DNA of 64,000 nucleotides, taken from assembly GCA_013115145.1 (NCBI GenBank), contig JAAPAO010000071.1:1-64000 (forward strand), written 5' to 3'. This stretch comes from Perkinsus chesapeaki ATCC PRA-425 (Eukaryota > Protista > Perkinsozoa). Below the pieces are notes generated by a model that saw nothing but the letters and a program-made list of their open reading frames with translations, was not told the DNA's origin and did not search any database. Positions 27,422-39,423 of this stretch are shown piece by piece. The position numbers and the translations under genes were made by a program. Numbering within the stretch: position 1 is the first letter of the stretch; each line of letters begins with the position of its first letter.

Positions 27422-30365
27422 ATGTCCATACCTAACTTGCGAAATTTAAATAAAAAGCTTCGCGAGGTTAGAACGCTCCGACACAAAGTAGAATCGGGAG
27501 AAATCCATGAGGAGCTTTTAACTACTTCACAAAGGTGATAAAGGAGCGGAAAGCAACACTTATGGTTCGAGCAGAGGGGGTATTGAAATGGAACATTAAG
27601 GGATACAAGCGGGGGCTGCAGAGCTGGATTCTAGCGTTGAATGAGTATTAGGAGTATTCAAAGTCAAAAGGGAACAGCATCGTTACCGTACGATGACTAT
27701 TATTGGCCTAAGGAGTTTCAATTAGCTCTAGAGAATTCACTTTCCGGTCAAATTAAAGTGATTTATTGTTGAAAAAATTAAAGTGACCGAAAATTGGTGA
27801 ATATAATGGTTATAGTGATGTAGATATCTATTATTCGTAGTTGTTATTGTCTTCGCTCACTTGGGTCATAAACTGGAATCAATCCTGGAATTGGTTAATC
27901 ATGAAGTGGATCTAACAGACTCGTGGTGTGATATCTTGGATTCGCCGCTTTGTGCGCTGCCGGTGGGGCCAACTTGCGTGGCAAAACATGAAGTCCGTCT
28001 GGCGACAAAAAGCCCTTCAAGAACGTACCATCTGCCGGAATCGCTTACTCTGTCGGGAGAACGTATTCATTTCCTGAAAGTAAAGCCTACTGGGCTGCTG
28101 TCTTCTTTACTATTGTAACTCACCGAACGCTAGGCTCCTAGCGATGCCTATTAGGAAGCCTATTATGATTCACGGAATGGATAATCATCTTTACTCAGAG
28201 CGAAGTTGGCTCGGGAGGATGAGCTCTTGGAGCAAATAGAAGCCTTGGAGAGCGGACAGGATCGACATGGTAGGGGCCAGTGCTCTGTCGAATGGTTATA
28301 GGGGACCTCGTCAGTTGAAGAAGCAAATGGAAATGGCGGCGAATCTGAGGGGTGTAGCTCTACGGCGAAGGGTGACTCTGAGGTCGCTACCGGTAATGTG
28401 GTGACACGGTGACGATGCGGAAATGTTATAGAACAGGTGAAGGTGGGCAGACTAGACGGAGTAAAATAAAGAGTATAAAGAAGAAGCTTCATGATATTGA
28501 TAAGCTAGTGGAGGCCGCTGAGGGTGGGAAGGCTCTAACTGAGCAGCAAAAACAGAAGATATCCCGACGGCCGGAGTTGGTAAGAAAGGGATGTTGTTGA
28601 TTAGAGGAGCCTATGGGAGATGGGAATGCCATTCCATACCGCTGAGATAGCCACTAGAAATGGAGAAGGAGGGCGAAAATGACAAATACCCGCTACAAAG
28701 AGAACTAATATCCAAGATGATAATTAATATAGGGAGTTGCTATATCGTATAGGCAACTTGAGGCTCGAGATGTCAAATGAACCGTTGTGAAGTCCCATGG
28801 GAATTTCCGTTGCATTCGGCCATTATTTGCATGCATGATTTTGTGTCGCAGGAGACAGAGCTCAGCATTCTTCATAGTGCGGCCGCGGCGTCAGTGACAG
28901 TCAAAGATACTCCCGCAGCTACCGTCGAAGGTCCCAAGATGGATAATAAAGTTATAGCTGCAAATGAAGGAAACGACGAAGATGAGGATGGGGGAGAGTG
29001 GATACCATCCGATCCGAAACTGAGGAGGGCTCGAAAACGGAAAACTTCGTAAGGCCTCGGTTTCCCCAGTGGAGCTTTTAAAGCGGAGATATCCCTTCTC
29101 CATGCATTCTTTGAACTTGCTAGGATGTCCTCTTTATCTATCGAATCTCTGATTTGTGTGTGTCGGTTCGTGCAGTGGAAGTCTAGTGTTGCTTCTTTAT
29201 ATCGTCGACACATGAGCGGTCAGGTTCGAAATAGGCCGATCTACGTTATCGGAGAAGGTGTGCCGCGTGGTAGGTCGGCAGCTCATCGGTGCCTTATTGA
29301 GAGTAAGTGTCAGATCCGTCAGCCACCAGATGGATCCTGTCTTTTCCATGCTTTGGGTTACTGGCTTAATAAGCCACAGCACATTATACGGAAGCAGATC
29401 TCTGGTTTTTTACGCCATAACGCTTCGACAGTGAAAGTAAGCCGCGGCGCGTGGATTCCTATTCTTTAGTGAGTTCGGTGAGCTCGAGGCCTGCACTGAA
29501 CAAATATGCCAACTCTCGTCCCTCTCTCTCCGGTAGTGCTTTCGAATCTCTCTAGTCGTATCTGATAGCGGTAGGCTGCTCGGCATTCTAGGTTCGTCTA
29601 TGTAGCTCACTATTGCATAGGATAGCAGCTTCACCGAGCCTTATTTCTCGGAGATGTTTTCATCTTGCTCTTTTATCAGCTCAATGGTCTGACACTTGAG
29701 GAGTGGATCAAGGTGGAGTCTAACTCTCGAACGTTGAGCCAGTAATGCGAAGACAGGTCTTCAGCGATGAACAAATGTTAAATCATCAGTTACTGCAACA
29801 ACCTGTTGAAGGATAACACTTGGGGAGGGGAGATAGAGCTCGTGGCAACATCGATGTGAGCCAACGGTCACCGGGGAGGACTTCGATTACAAATTTTCGG
29901 AAAACGATTCCGGCCTCGCAACTCTTACGTGGAGAAGGGTTGGTGATTCTGGCAACCCAACGAGGAGTCATTCCATCGCGGACTCTGAAGCAGGTCGCCG
30001 GTCTTGTTAGGTTGTATAACTGCGATGTCTACGTTTGGCAGCACGAGAACGCTCCAAAGAGCCAGACTGGCAAATACGTGTTGTGCTACAAATTTCACGC
30101 GCCGCCGGTCTCGGAGAAGTACACTACTAACAGATGTAAGGTATGGAAGTTAATAACGCTCCATGGTGATTGGTAGATGCTGGAAGAGATGATCGGCGGG
30201 AGGCAGAGGAAGAGCCAATTACGTGTCATGTTCTGTTTGATGGGAAGAAGCATTATAATGTAAGTCATATCAATGATGGCAGCACCGTGAATTTGTGAAG
30301 CTATTTGAACTTGACCTTGTTTTCATCTACATCAGATTGATCTTGAAACAACTCCCTTACTCTAG
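27422..30365 (+). CDS. OTU-family deubiquitinase with two N-terminal PYM/eIF2A-C-like helical repeats, multi-exon
   Basis: OTU motifs QPPDGSCLFHALG, WGGEIEL, VLFDGKKHYN; N-terminal repeats LRNLNKKLREV...SQR|AKLAREDELLEQI and IKSIKKKLHDI...QQKQKISRRPEL|ETEL. Single-gene linkage is inferred. Confidence 0.7.
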
Positions 30366-31135
30366 AACGTTCATTTCTTGAAAAGATACGCGCTCGGCAC
30401 GCGCACCGGTGTTGTAAGTTATTGTGTACGCACCAACAGAACCAGGAATATTTCGGTGCGCACAAGCGCGTTCCTGCTGCGCACGTTTTATCTTGCTCGT
30501 TTTGGCAGGTTCTAGTGCTTGATGAGAAGTACTGCCTCCTGAAGTAGCTAAGTTGCTATACCATTCACTAACCGTTTCTTGCACCAAACTGTGTGTATGT
30601 TCAAAAGTTACTCAGTGGTAGTAGTAGTAAAAACAACATTATTATAGAACAGTACTACGCCATGTTTGAGCTCAGTTTAAGTGTCCCACGGAATCTTAGT
30701 GCTATACAAGTTTGACACATCCTCCCAAGGTGACTTCGAGATGATCAGTTTCACATCCAGTTCGACAATACACTGGCAAATGCTAATGTAAATGCACACT
30801 GCCAAAGTATGCTTCCAGTGTCCCGAGAAAGACACGCCCAGCACGCATGAGCATGAAACTACTCCGGGTTGTAACTGTATTACTGATGGCACAGTACACC
30901 AATTGAATCGATTTATTCTATCTCTATGTACTTATTATAAAGTTCATATAAGCCAACTACGCAAGCTTATCACAACGTAAATGCCTCCCTCCCTCATCCG
31001 CCTGTCCACGCCCACAACACCGGCGTCATCAGTTTTTGGGCGCGCGCTTTTTACTTCCCCGTCAGGCCAAATTTTCTGTGGTTTTAACGAAGCCCTTTAT
31101 TATATCTTCTGTTCGTACACCTGTTCTTTATCAGT

Positions 31136-32263
31136 ATGATGAAGAGAACTAATAATCGTTTAACAGCTGCGGCTAGGCTATCTCCTATGGAGATACCTTC
31201 CGCTACTAATCCTACCAATTTCGACCCAACTACTATGTGGGAGGTCTTGTCACCGTTACCGCCTAACTCGGCTCCGGCAACTTTCGAGGGCCTCTCCGCG
31301 TTGTCGCCGTATGCTGGGCCGCCTTCTGGAGCTGATTCTAATATTAGAAGGAAGCTAAGGAAGACTCGCGTTTGCAAGCACTTCCTGAGGGGCAGATGCC
31401 ACTATGGGGCTAACTGCACGTTCGCCCACTATGATAGTGAACTCTACAAGAAGCCCAACCTGGCCAAGACAAAGCTATGTGCAAAGCCCAACTGCTCTGA
31501 CCCGGAGTGTACCTATGCCCATTCTGTGGAAGAGTTAAGACAACCTGGTGAAGCCTCGGATATGGATACTGCTCGGGTGGATATCGAACATGAAAAAGTA
31601 TTGGGAGAACAGAGAGCTTTGTTGACAGTACACAATCTTATGGCAACTGTTGCTGACCCTGCTGGTAGCCCTGGTATATTACCAAGCCCCTCTATATTGC
31701 CGAACCCTATGCAACAACAACAATTTGGTGTTAGTCCGAATGGTGGTGGGCAGCAGCAGCAACAGCATGGTCGATACGGGGGTTCCCGTGGTGGCATTAA
31801 CAGATCAACCTTACACGCTTTGGCGGTCAAGAATGAGGAATTACAAAGACAAGTTGAAATGAGCAACACTGTTCTTGCTCATCTTCTCCAAGTGGCGTCT
31901 GCTCAAGCAGTACCAGAGACCCCATATGTAGTTCCCTCGAGCAACGTATTTTCCCAGGCGACAGCGGCGGCTCAACCTGAGGAGGGAGGTGGTGAGGAGT
32001 ATGGTAGCCGAAATTGGGACATAAATGTCGTGGAAACGCCTAATAGTGGATGTGAACTTACTAGTGTCGATGAAGAACATGTCACATCAGTTGATGAGGA
32101 TGAAGCATTAAGTCATTGGCTGGCGACTGTTACGCTAGAGGAGAGTGGTGACACGCACGAGGAGGGTGGTGACACACATGTTAATAACCATAATGCTGGT
32201 ACAGGCAGTGGCGGGCAGTATGAGGATGAGAACGGAACGTTTGTGAGCAGAGGAAACCAATAA
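31136..32263 (+). CDS. Tandem CCCH zinc-finger RNA-binding protein, intronless
   Basis: KTRVCKHFLRGRCHYGANCTFAH and KTKLCAKPNCSDPECTYAH in a 375-aa ORF with Q-rich and acidic tails. Confidence 0.85.
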   Translation: MMKRTNNRLTAAARLSPMEIPSATNPTNFDPTTMWEVLSPLPPNSAPATFEGLSALSPYAGPPSGADSNIRRKLRKTRVCKHFLRGRCHYGANCTFAHYDSELYKKPNLAKTKLCAKPNCSDPECTYAHSVEELRQPGEASDMDTARVDIEHEKVLGEQRALLTVHNLMATVADPAGSPGILPSPSILPNPMQQQQFGVSPNGGGQQQQQHGRYGGSRGGINRSTLHALAVKNEELQRQVEMSNTVLAHLLQVASAQAVPETPYVVPSSNVFSQATAAAQPEEGGGEEYGSRNWDINVVETPNSGCELTSVDEEHVTSVDEDEALSHWLATVTLEESGDTHEEGGDTHVNNHNAGTGSGGQYEDENGTFVSRGNQ

Positions 32264-32330
32264 GGACGTTGGTTTTGATGTCCTTTTAGATTTATGGAAG
32301 ATGATGACACATATTATTGTACTATATCTA

Positions 32331-33419
32331 TTATTTCAGCTCTGCTCGTAAGGAGTTGGTATGCCTGTGGTCAAGCAGCAGCATCCGCATTGATGATGAT
32401 GCAACTGCTGCTGCTGCTGTGGTGGTGGTCATCTTAGTTGTTTCTGTAGTTGATCCAGATTTTGTATCCAGGTCATCATCATCATTATGTTCCTCATTCT
32501 CCTCCTTCTCCTCTGGTGCATATAGCTATAGAGCGAGTGGGAGTAGAATGCGGCGGCCTAGTAGAAGTTAGTGTGTGTTTTAGTCACGGCAAGTTATTTT
32601 AGCCAGTATTATATTACTCGATAACGAGCTCAATATAGTACATGTAGTTTAGCAGCAGCAGCATCACCATGGGGCCTATTGTTATCAAAACTAACAAATA
32701 AGTTGTTACTCTATCAAGATGGCAGTAACTTCGATCGTGACAACACCACCACCACCAACCTCTATCGGTAATATTGTTTATAGTATCCATGGTTTTTCTG
32801 AGTAGTACAACCCTTACCGTCGTATAACACCTGATCGTTTCGAGAACCTGCTGCGTCTGGCGGTGCCGTGTCGTCATCATCATCATCATCCTCATCCTCC
32901 CCATCTTCATCTTTGTTGGTGAAGATAGTTGATGCTATTTGCTACTTGGTATGCTACTTGTAAGCAGCATAACTGCTTTATGTCTATAGATTTATCAGTT
33001 TAAGGGTACTAATAATAGTGGCATGAGAATCGTTGTCGTGGTCGTCGTTATTGTCGTCACTCTTTGAAGAGTAACTGCATGATGCCAGCCTTTGGTGAAG
33101 GCTTGAGCAGTATGGCAGGGGAGAGATGGTTATTATTTGTTATCATTATTATTATTTACGAAGGCCTTCCTCTATTAACCTCCTTTTCCGAATAGGCAGC
33201 AGTATTGTGTTGTCACCGGGGAGAATGGAAGCCAATACGATAGTAGTTTTTCTTACTATTTATGCTGCCGGGTGGTGACGACACAGGAGGAGACGGCAAC
33301 GAGAGGAATAATTTAATATCTAAATGGCTGCTGCCATCGACGGATGGGGATGAGCATGATGGTGGTCGTCGTCGTCGGAGGAGGAGGAATAGGCAACATA
33401 ACCCGACAGGGTCGCACAT
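32331..33419 (-). CDS. Hypothetical acidic/low-complexity multi-exon protein; boundaries approximate
   Basis: Minus-strand open segments (NKDEDGEDEDDDDDDDTAPPD...; PEEKEENEEHNDDDDLD...AELK*) flanked by GT-AG. Confidence 0.35.
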
Positions 33420-33869
33420 GTCTGATAGAGAGGAGGAGGAGGAGGAGGATTTGATTAGTGTACTGACTAACCCTACCAGTGTCGGTAATACACTTCATAA
33501 AAGGGGGCTGCTCTTTTTCGCTGAAAACTAGCTATTCTTTGGATACCTAAGACCTGGTGTGCAACCTGCATGTCAACCATCAGCTATGTAAAATAATTAC
33601 TGAGGTTACTAAGATGAGCAACTTTAATTTAGAATTAGGAGGAATTTTGAACTAATTAGGAGGAATTTAGACCTGGATTACGTTGGCGAAATGCGGATAT
33701 AGTTGAAGAGCCTATTTCGATATGGAATGAATTTTAATACAGTCACTTGGTGTAACCTTTCATCGCACTCCACAGTTGGATGGTTCATAAAACTGTGCTC
33801 TTCTACTGTTGGTAGTTGAGCGGTACGCTACGGCGTTTCTCGGTTACGACTCTCTCGACTTGTTCCGTC

Positions 33870-35579
33870 ATCCCCCTGATGTTAACCTTTTCGGGCAGTT
33901 TGTAATACAGCAATACTTATTTCTTAGAGCCAGTGTACTCGGGAATATAATCCAGTTCTATGTATGCACTGGTAGAATACCAAATCTACTTTTGGCGTAC
34001 ATTTCTTAGCTTAACGTTTTCGTAGGTACCAATGACTCCGAGCCCATCACTGAAGTTCGCCACCGATCAATCTTGTTTGTATTTGACTTGGACCAAACAT
34101 TGGTCTCATCAGGACGACACGGTGCCGTGGTGGCTGACGAGGCTCTTAGAAGGGAGATGGGACGGGCGCAACATCAATGTATCAACAATAACCGAAATCG
34201 CTGTGGTAAGTAAAGGACTGGAATGAGTCAATTTTGGATGGGCTTTTGATAGTAGAAATTCTACTTAGAATTCCTCTTGGTTCAACTGTATGATGATTAC
34301 CTATTGCAGACATAGTCATATCGCTACATTAGGCAGTTCTTACTTTTATAACTAAACAGGTAGAGGAGGGGCGGAGTTCAATACGTTAGCTCGTAATAGG
34401 GGTCATTTCATGACAACGCAATTTATATCGGCACATTCCAGAATAGAAAGAGCCACTACTGTTCTTACTCTCTAAAGCTGGGAATAGCACCATCGAGGGA
34501 GCTATTCCTTTGTACCTTCGCATCATTTTCCATCACATTAGCTATACTTTTCAGGTACGTTACATCGTTCCATGAGCGCACGGCCAACATCTGGTGGCCT
34601 GATGCATTCAACTAGTTCTTCGTTCGGTTCTGCTCTCTACCGAAGTAGCGAAGCATTGGTCCCGTAGGGAGTATCTTCTCTTCAGCCTCGTCGATGCCAT
34701 TTTCCTCCGTACCAGTGCCTTTGGATCCGAATGTATATATGAATCCTGAGACTGGGGAACGGCAAGTACTGCTCTATCGAGGAGAGGACAGCAACTGGGA
34801 CCTGATGTGATGTGAGGGGAAATGGCAGCAGCAGCAGTGCAGCTTTGTACCATTTATTTTGTATAAAAGATATGACGCGTACAAATTACCGGGTCGTACA
34901 GTATTCGCCAAACTCGGACTGTAATTATTATATTTATCTATCCATTAACTATAACTCGAAGAAGTGCTTGCAAGTGTTGCCACTGAATGGCGGCGGTTTC
35001 ATTACTTCTTCTTTTGTAGGTACATCAAGCTCCGTCCAGGCGTACGACAGCTTCTTACACAATGCCGAGAGATAGCTGACTTGGCCATCTTTAGTGCAGC
35101 CAGGTAGAAGGAAAACGACGTCTGCACTACTGTCTCATAGTGAATCAGTCCCGACTATGTACAATTCATATCACGGAAATTGGACCCAAATGGTTGCCTT
35201 TTTGATGGTCGTGTTTACAGTAGCAAGGAGCTCGGTATTGGTTTCAGCAAATCAACTGAAGTGCTGCCCACCGGATATGACAGAGTAGGCCGTCCTCGTA
35301 TGCTTGGTTGATTCTGTTGGTTCCAGATTGTGATAATCGATGACAGCGGTCCGGGAATCTGGAACGACGTCGATGCCGATGTATGTTGCTTTCCTAGCGT
35401 TCCTCCTTATACCTTTATGAGAGATCACATAGCAGATATACTCAATGGTGCGACGGTATCAGCTGGTGTGATGTTGCAGTTTAATTCTATCAGGAATCTA
35501 CCCGCCTGATGACGATAATTTTCTCATTGGCGAGTTGCTACCACAACTCTCGTCCCTCTCGGCATCATCATTGTCGTGA
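33870..35579 (+). CDS. FCP1/SCP (NIF) HAD-type CTD phosphatase-like protein, multi-exon; start approximate
   Basis: ILFVFDLDQTLV (DxDxT), YIKLRPGVRQLLTQCREIADLAIFSA, IVIIDD...IW exons. Confidence 0.75.
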
Positions 35580-35986
35580 TGTTCCTATGAACTGCTGCTA
35601 TCACCATTTTTAACGTACGAGTTGATTGTATCTTATTATTGACAATGCTTGATGACAGCGCCTCCCTTTGACATAATTGTCCATAATCTCAAACGTGTGT
35701 TTTTGTTGCTAGTACAGATCCTTAGGAAAATCTACTCCTCGAAGATATCGTTTGTAGTGCGAAGATATGAAAAATCTTACTAGTGCAACATCAAGAACAT
35801 TCCCGGCAGGGCTATGAACATGCGTTTCTCGCACTTCGGAACTTCTTGTCAATGAGGTGATACGAGTTCTTCATGAAAGGTGTTCCACACTGGAATCCAC
35901 TGCGAAAACGAACGCCGCGTATTTGCATTTTGACAACTAAGATTTACTACCTTCCCAACTAACGAACACAACAGTGTCAGTGCAAA

Positions 35987-36949
35987 CTACTCTTCTTTGG
36001 TGTCCCACAGCTGCAAGGCAAATTTATTCACCATTCGAGTTGGTATATCACCGCGACGTATAGCGCCTTCTACAGCCACTTTGTCTTGGTATGTGCCCGG
36101 GATGAGCCTCTCATCAAGTGATTGGGCCATCATCTCTCGTACGCGCTCGGCAAACTGCTGAGGAGCTTCGTCTCCTCTACGACTTTCCGGTAGAAGTATT
36201 TGGATTCTCATAACAGTGTATGGTTGAGCCATCAGCCCTAGAGCGTACGGTACGCCCTTAATGGCCGTGAAGTGGGGGTCAAAGGTCTCCCCTGGCTTGT
36301 AGTTGGGGTAAGTGACAGCAATCGGCAATACCGGGATGCCCTGGCGGAATGCTCCACTGCGGAATGGTATCAAACCAAGGCCGTTGGTAGTCGTGCCTTC
36401 TGGAAACAACAGCACCGGCGTACCTCCTCCTGCGGACGAGATGTAGTTGTGAATGATCTCCGTAGTGGACTGCTGCTTTTCGCCTTTGGCAGCTAGACGA
36501 TCGACGAAAATGCAATGCATCGATTTCATAACTCTGCCGACTACTGGAGTGTTGATGAGAGCCTTCTTGCCAACGAATGTGGGGTAGAACAGAAATAGTA
36601 AAATAAGAATCTCCATGCAGCTCACATGGTTCGAAACAATAATAAATGATTTCTTCGAGAAGTGTTTGAGCTCACTGTAGCCGTGGACCTCCGGAATGAT
36701 ACCGAAACAAAAGACGAACGCAAAGAGGCACCAATAGCGAACGAGGGTCTCCGTGGCTTTGTCAAATCTTAAAAAGGAAATAACACAGAAAATGGGGAAG
36801 GCAATCGCCAAGCTTCCGGCTAACAATAGCATTCTGATGGGGACAAGAATTGTGCCGAAGATAATAGTTTTGAGGGTGTTTTGGAGAGACATTGGGGACC
36901 GGATGAAAGCAGCGCCGTTCTCAAGTATGGTTTGATAATCGACGGTCAT
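35987..36949 (-). CDS. Lysophospholipid acyltransferase (LPCAT/LPEAT-like, PlsC domain), intronless
   Basis: N-terminal TM helices; IVSNHVS, FVDR, LLFPEGTTTNG, F..GAF..G.PV.P motifs. Confidence 0.9.
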   Translation of the reverse strand: MTVDYQTILENGAAFIRSPMSLQNTLKTIIFGTILVPIRMLLLAGSLAIAFPIFCVISFLRFDKATETLVRYWCLFAFVFCFGIIPEVHGYSELKHFSKKSFIIVSNHVSCMEILILLFLFYPTFVGKKALINTPVVGRVMKSMHCIFVDRLAAKGEKQQSTTEIIHNYISSAGGGTPVLLFPEGTTTNGLGLIPFRSGAFRQGIPVLPIAVTYPNYKPGETFDPHFTAIKGVPYALGLMAQPYTVMRIQILLPESRRGDEAPQQFAERVREMMAQSLDERLIPGTYQDKVAVEGAIRRGDIPTRMVNKFALQLWDTKEE

Positions 36950-37937
36950 AAAGGAAAGAAAAAATACTAAACAAAAAGTTATGACGAAAAACGCAATCAG
37001 GTCACTTCACAAAAATATTCATTTTCTTCATTGCGAGTAACCCTCCCGAGCCTGGAACGATCCTCAAGCCCAGCTATGCCGCCAGGGGTACTCAACACCC
37101 TCCATCTCTCCTGGGGGAGTGTCAGCTGGTTTAGCGTGTGGCCGAAATAAGCCATCAACTACTGTAAATGCTATCTACCCAGCAACCTCCCATTTCAGCC
37201 CACTCAGAGCCCTCTATTACCCGCATTTTACGGCCAGTGGCGCTCCACCACCGCAACAGATTCTCATCAACTTGGCCGCAGTCTCGAATGGAATCAATTC
37301 TGTCCCAGTTCTGGTTGGTGAGTATTTGACAGGAGTATCCCCCATCCAGCAACTGCTTGCTCAACATGAGCGTCCAAGATATCTGTCTACATTCTCGAGG
37401 GCGTGAGTTCGATCCCCGGCAGTACCACATTTGACAGCGCTCCTGACCATGCCCGACTTGGCACTATCACTGCATAGCTTCGCAACTGCCCTGGGAGCGT
37501 CACTGCATCCTTGGAGTTCACAATTATTTTCAGCCTAGTCTCTCGACTGTGGTGTCGATAGTACCTGCCCGGGGAGAGAATTCGGTCTTTCCAGAATGGT
37601 GCCCATTTTACCTACTCCAATGCCATCTTCAAGACATCCCACTCGGCATTGGTCTGCCCTCTTCTGCTCTTGGCGGCGCTCTCAGGCTCGAGAGCTCCCA
37701 CTGGCATGAGGACCCAGGAGGCATCGCTAGGAGCTGGAGGATTAAATGACAACATCACTGAGGTGGGATAATGAGACTTGAACACAACATGAATCACTGC
37801 TAGACGTTGTGATAGAAAATCAACTTATTATTGTTATTATACCGAAATGTCATGTGCACTACTAGGACTATTACGCCACGAGCGTGGAGGGTTCATCTAC
37901 GATAATGTACGTGCAAAAGAGGAGGAGAGTGTCACAC

Positions 37938-39054
37938 CTAAAGCAAGTTGCCTTCGAGCTTCGTCAAATGTATATTACATTTTTATTTACATCAGCAATG
38001 AGAGGATGTTCCACTGAATCTACTGAAGCCTCCTCAACAGGATTCTCCACCACCGTTTCCTTCTCTAAAGTGGCAGAACCGTCCTTGTGGTGAGGCTCAG
38101 TTTGCTCGACAGCAGGAACTGCTACGCCAGCCTTGAGAGCTCGCTCCCGACTGAAACAAGATACATGTTGCTACACCTGATCTGCCTACTCGTATTGCTC
38201 TTCGGGAGTTTTATATTTCTCAGCATCATCTGGTTCTGTACAGGAGCTGTTAAGCTGCTCACACAGCACCGGTAGCTCTGGACTTGCATTATACCTGGTA
38301 ACAACTAGTGGGCGTGAAGGGTGCTGGTTCTATCACTTATCGAATATATCCTTGGTAACGATACGCCACTTCTCGCAGGATGGACTAAAGAGTATCATTC
38401 CCCCAATCATGGCAACCGCATTCTACCTGCTACACTGTACCCAGTAGACATCCGCTACTGGAACATCGACAGCACTTATAGCATTTATGCTGTCTAATAT
38501 AACACCACTACCAAAGCCTATATTCTAATTAGTACCTGCCGCTCGACGCCTTTTAGCGTTCCTTTCTGTGCCATCAGGAGCTCCAGTGCTAATGACAATC
38601 TGTCAATATTATCATTCAAGATTGAGTACCGTGGTATAACATTCATCGATCCACTTCTAGATCGTCTTCTACCACCTGAAGCCCCCCCTGGCTCCTGTTC
38701 AGCTGAGTTAGTGAAGAGCATTGGCCTAAGAGCTGCGTTTAATGTGTCGTACCTGACCCTATGGTGGCTGCAGCGCTATCTATACTGCTGGCAGCGGAGC
38801 CTGTCCGCCCTCTACCAGGGGGTTGGTATAACTAAATCGATATAACCCATACAGTGTGGATGAGATGGCTACATTATCAGGGTATCTTTTCTTTGGTATG
38901 GGGGGCCTTAGGGAGTAGGAATGCCTGAGAAGGGTGACATTGTGGTTCTATCTGGTTAACCTTCTCACGTTGGTGACAGCACTGCTGCAGGTTCCTTGTC
39001 GAGAGCCTCCTCAGAAGCGGATTGCTGCTGTTGTTGCTGCTCTATATCAGACAT
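37938..39054 (-). CDS. Hypothetical multi-exon protein; boundaries approximate
   Basis: MSDIEQQQQQQSASEEALDKEP...; LNDNIDRLSLALELLMAQKGTLKGVERQ; acidic exon TEPHHKDG...; GT-AG introns. Confidence 0.45.
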
Positions 39055-39423
39055 GTTAATAATAATGTACCTGCTCCATCACAAATGGGTAGCAGCCTAT
39101 CAGGCACAAGATTCTCATTGCGTTTTCTTGTGCAGGGCGCGCGCTTTTTACATTGGCCGGCGGCCGGGTGGGAGAGAAAGGGAGAAGGCCTGTGATGGTT
39201 GTTACAGGAAGCTGGATATCTTTAATATCTTCACCAATATACACATTACCATTCTGAGGGTTCATTTGATATGGGAAAGTCGGTATTACAGTTACCGAAT
39301 GACGCTGTGTCGAGGGAGACAGTTTTTGTGTCGGCCGCTGCTCTGCTACCAGTTTAGAGTCACAATAAGTGATGCCAGAGAGCTTATTGACAATTAGTTG
39401 ATTCTAACTGCTCCGCTTTCCTA

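Noticed and set aside
36620-36640. HxxxxE instead of HxxxxD in the acyltransferase motif
   Set aside because: Glu variants are known among LPEAT/LPCAT-type enzymes; not evidence of inactivity or novelty.
37347-37428. tRNA-like string ending GAGTTCGATCCCCGGCAGTACCA
   Set aside because: T-stem does not pair, D-loop is too short and there is no anticodon stem; the segment also reads as a GTGAGT...CAG intron.
37050-37750. Possible spliced gene between LPCAT and the 38-kb gene
   Set aside because: Intron-like signals are present but no frame gave a convincing protein.
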